Source: Lama glama
Taxonomy: Eukaryota
Reading direction: 5' to 3'
NCBI GenBank assembly: GCA_028534125.1
Contig: CM052816.1
Coordinates: 7,936,001 to 8,000,000 of the forward strand
DNA: 64,000 nucleotides
Shown here: positions 60,880 to 64,000 of the stretch, piece by piece
Layout: each line of letters begins with the position of its first letter
How positions within the stretch are numbered: position 1 is the stretch's first letter
The notes under the pieces: model-generated
What the model was told of the DNA's origin: nothing
Seen by the model: only the letters and a program-made list of their open reading frames with translations
Database searches by the model: none
Translations under genes and position numbers: made by a program

Positions 60880-63800
60880 ATCACTCCCCAATTTATCCCT
60901 TCCTGTCCCCTTTCCTCTTTGGAAATCATTCAGTCTGTTGCCTATGTGAGTCTGTTTCTGTTTGGTAAATAAGTTCATTTGTGTGTGTGTTTGTGTGTGT
61001 TTTAGATTCCACATATAAGCAATATCATATGGTATTTTCTTTCTCTTATTTCACTTACAATGACAATCTCCAGGTCCATCCATGTTGTTGCATATGGCAT
61101 TATTTTATTCTNNNNNNNNNNNNNNNNNNNNNNNNNNNNNNNNNNNNNNNNNNNNNNNNNNNNNNNNNNNNNNNNNNNNNNNNNNNNNNNNNNNNNNNNN
61201 NNNNNNNNNNNNNNNNNNNNNNNNNNNNNNNNNNNNNNNNNNNNNNNNNNGTGCATGTGTCTTTTCGAATTATATTTTTCTGGATATATGCCCAGGAGCG
61301 GGACTGCTAGATCACATGGTAAGTTTATTTTTAGTTTTTTAAGGAGCCTCCATACTGTCCTCCATAGTGGCTGCACCAATTTACATTCCCACCAATAGTG
61401 TAGGAGTGTTCCTTTTCCTCCACATCTTCACCAGTATTTATCGTTTGTGGACTTTTTAAAAAAAATATTATATTATTCTTTATTCTAATACTTTGTTCTT
61501 CTAGAGCAGTTTCAGGTTTACAGCAAAATTGAACAGAAAATACAGAGTTTGCACATAGCCTTCCCCACCCACACATACATACTCCCCTACCCTCAACATC
61601 CCTCATCACTGTGGCATATGTGGTACAATTGANNNNNNNNNNNNNNNNNNNNNNNNNNNNNNNNNNNNNNNNNNNNNNNNNNNNNNNNNNNNNNNNNNNN
61701 NNNNNNNNNNNNNNNNNNNNNNNNNNNNNNNNNNNNNNNNNNNNNNNNNNNNNNNNNNNNNNNNNNNNNNNNNNNNNNNNNNNNNNNNNNNNNNNNNNNN
61801 NNNNNNNNNNNNNNNNNNNNNNNNNNNNNNNNNNNNNNNNNNNNNNNNNNNNNNNCCACAATCTTTTTATTGTGTCTGCAGCTGTGCCTTTTCCAGAACG
61901 TCTTTCGGTTGGAATCATAAAGTTTGTAGCCTTTTCAGACTGGCTTCTTTCATCTAGTAATGTCTTTTAAGGTTCTTCCATGTCTTTCATGGCTTGATAG
62001 CTCATTTTTTTAAACTGCATGTACATTTTAAAATTTACATATATGTACTGTTCATTGTTTCTAAGAACGTTTTGAGCTTTAGCTTTTTTTTTACTATTTA
62101 TTTTTTACATTTTTTGTATTGAGTTATAGTCATTTTACAATGTGTCAAATTCCAGTGTAGAGCACAATTTTTCAGTTATACATGTACATACGTATATTGT
62201 CACACTTTTTTTCACTGTGATCTACTCGAGCTTTAGCTTTTAAACTTACTTAGTTATCAAAGGAGTAAAGCCAACCATTTGTGGACTTTTTAATGACGGT
62301 CGTTCAGATTGGTGTGAGGAGTTCTCATTGTAGATTTGATTTGCATTTCTGTAACAATTACTGATGCTGAGCATCTTTTCATGTGCTTGTTGGCCGTCTG
62401 TATGTCTTACTTGGAGAGATGTCTGTATAGGTCTTCTGCCCATTTTTTGATTGGGTTGCTTGTTTTTTGATATTAAGCTGTATGAGCTGTTGGTATATTT
62501 TGGAAATTAGTCCCTTGTTNNNNNNNNNNNNNNNNNNNNNNNNNNNNNNNNNNNNNNNNNNNNNNNNNNNNNNNNNNNNNNNNNNNNNNNNNNNNNNNNN
62601 NNNNNNNNNNNNNNNNNNNNNNNNNNNNNNNNNNNNNNNNNNNNNNNNNNNNNNNNNNGGAGCTGGTTCGAAGAAAAATATTGCTGTGATTTATGTCAAA
62701 GAGTGTTCTGCCTATGTTTTCCTCTAGGAGTTTTAGAATATCTGGTCTTACATTTAGGTCTTTAATCCATTTGGAGTTTATTTTTATATATAGTATTAGA
62801 GAATGTTCTCATTTCAGTCTTTTACAGGTAGCTGTCCAGTTTTCCCAGCACCACTTATTGAAGAGACTTGTCTTTTCTCCATTGTGTATTCTTGCCTCCT
62901 TTGTCAGATTAATTGACCCCAAGCACATAGATTTATTTCTGGACTTCTGTCCTGTCCCTTTGATCTGTGTCTGTTTTTATGCTAGCACTTTGATTGCTGT
63001 AGCTTTGTATTACAGTCTGAAGTCAGGGGGTGTGATTCGCCCAGTTCTGTTCTCCTTTTTCAAGCTTGTTTTGGCTATTCAGGGTCTTTTGTGTTTCCAT
63101 ACAAATTTTAACTTTTTTTGTTATAGCTCTGTGAAAAATGGCATTGGTAACTTGATAGGGATTGCTCTGAATCTGTGTATTGCTTGGGCAGTATGGCCAT
63201 TTTAACAATATTGATTCTTCCAATCCAAGAACACGGTATATCTTTCCATCTGTTTGTGTCTTTAATTTTTTTCATCAGTGTCTTACAGTTTTTGGAGTAC
63301 AGGTCCCTTTTGTTTCCTTGGGTAGGCTTATTCACAGGTGTTTTGTCTTTTTGGTGTGATGGTAAATGGGATTGTTAATTTGTCTTTCTGCTATTTCATT
63401 GTTAGTGTATAGAAATGCAACTGATGTCTGTGTATTCATTATGTACCTGCAACTTCACCAGATTCCTTGAGCCCCAGCCATCCTCTGGTCGCTGCTTTAG
63501 GGTTTTCTATGTGTAGTATCATGTGATCTGCAAACAGTGACAGTTTGACTTCTTTTCCAATTTGAATTCCTTTTCTTTTTCTTCTNNNNNNNNNNNNNNN
63601 NNNNNNNNNNNNNNNNNNNNNNNNNNNNNNNNNNNNNNNNNNNNNNNNNNNNNNNNNNNNNNNNNNNNNNNNNNNNNNNNNNNNNNNNNNNNNNNNNNNN
63701 NNNNNNNNNNNNNNNNNTTCCATATACGGCCTTTATTATGTTGAGATATGTTCCCTCNNNNNNNNNNNNNNNNNNNNNNNNNNNNNNNNNNNNNNNNNNN

Positions 63801-64000
63801 NNNNNNNNNNNNNNNNNNNNNNNNNNNNNNNNNNNNNNNNNNNNNNNNNNNNNNNNNNNNNNNNNNNNNNNNNNNNNNNNNNNNNNNNNNNNNNNNNNNN
63901 NNNNCCTCGCATGCCTGGGATAAATCCCACTTGATCATGGTGTGTGATCCTTTTAATGCGTTGTTGAAGTCAATTTGCTAGTATTTTGTTGATTTTTGCA
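60880..64000 (-). mobile_element. Younger L1 (3'UTR and ORF2), interrupted at 61460-62277 and by assembly gaps
   Basis: ORF track gives L1 ORF2p peptides ([32 protein letters not shown]; [24 protein letters not shown]; KEVKLSLFADHMILHIENPK, the RT FADD region). Confidence 0.92.
62088..62227 (-). mobile_element. Short 5'-truncated L1 3'-end insertion with 14-bp TSD
   Basis: Direct repeat gagctttagctttt at 62074-62087 and 62228-62241, a T-rich tail on the plus strand, and a TT/AAAA endonuclease site on the minus strand. Confidence 0.75.

Noticed and set aside
1-64000. CRISPR arrays, operons or other prokaryotic systems
   Set aside because: The sequence is clearly mammalian; no regularly spaced repeat-spacer array or gene-dense structure was seen.

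Overview
Mammalian genomic DNA, very probably a camelid (two tRNA-Ala-derived SINEs of the camelid Vic-1 type). The window holds the 5' part of the synaptopodin gene (SYNPO) on the minus strand. Its first coding exon ([10 protein letters not shown]...RVAQKP) is at 17044-16648, with a probable non-coding first exon at about 32.0-32.1 kb and an intronic CpG-island alternative promoter at about 10.5-11.4 kb; the large downstream exons lie beyond coordinate 1. At 1-642 there is a GC-rich, mRNA-5'UTR-like block with a sharp edge that looks like a retrocopy inserted in the SYNPO intron (parent possibly ZFAND5, unverified). The rest is intronic or upstream DNA rich in MIR, L2 and hAT DNA-transposon relics. 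From about 55 to 64 kb there is a nested cluster of L1s, a deleted class III (ERVL-type) provirus with pol and env remnants, and an ERV1-type solo LTR. There are eight N gaps. The most interesting lead is a phase-compatible chain of candidate upstream exons (46.6 kb, 20.0-19.4 kb, 17.3 kb) that could encode an unannotated or decayed SYNPO N-terminal extension or a long uORF; it is a hypothesis that depends on a gap. I see no convincing evidence of a wholly new biological system. Repeat boundaries were read by eye and family names come from memory of consensus sequences, not from a search.
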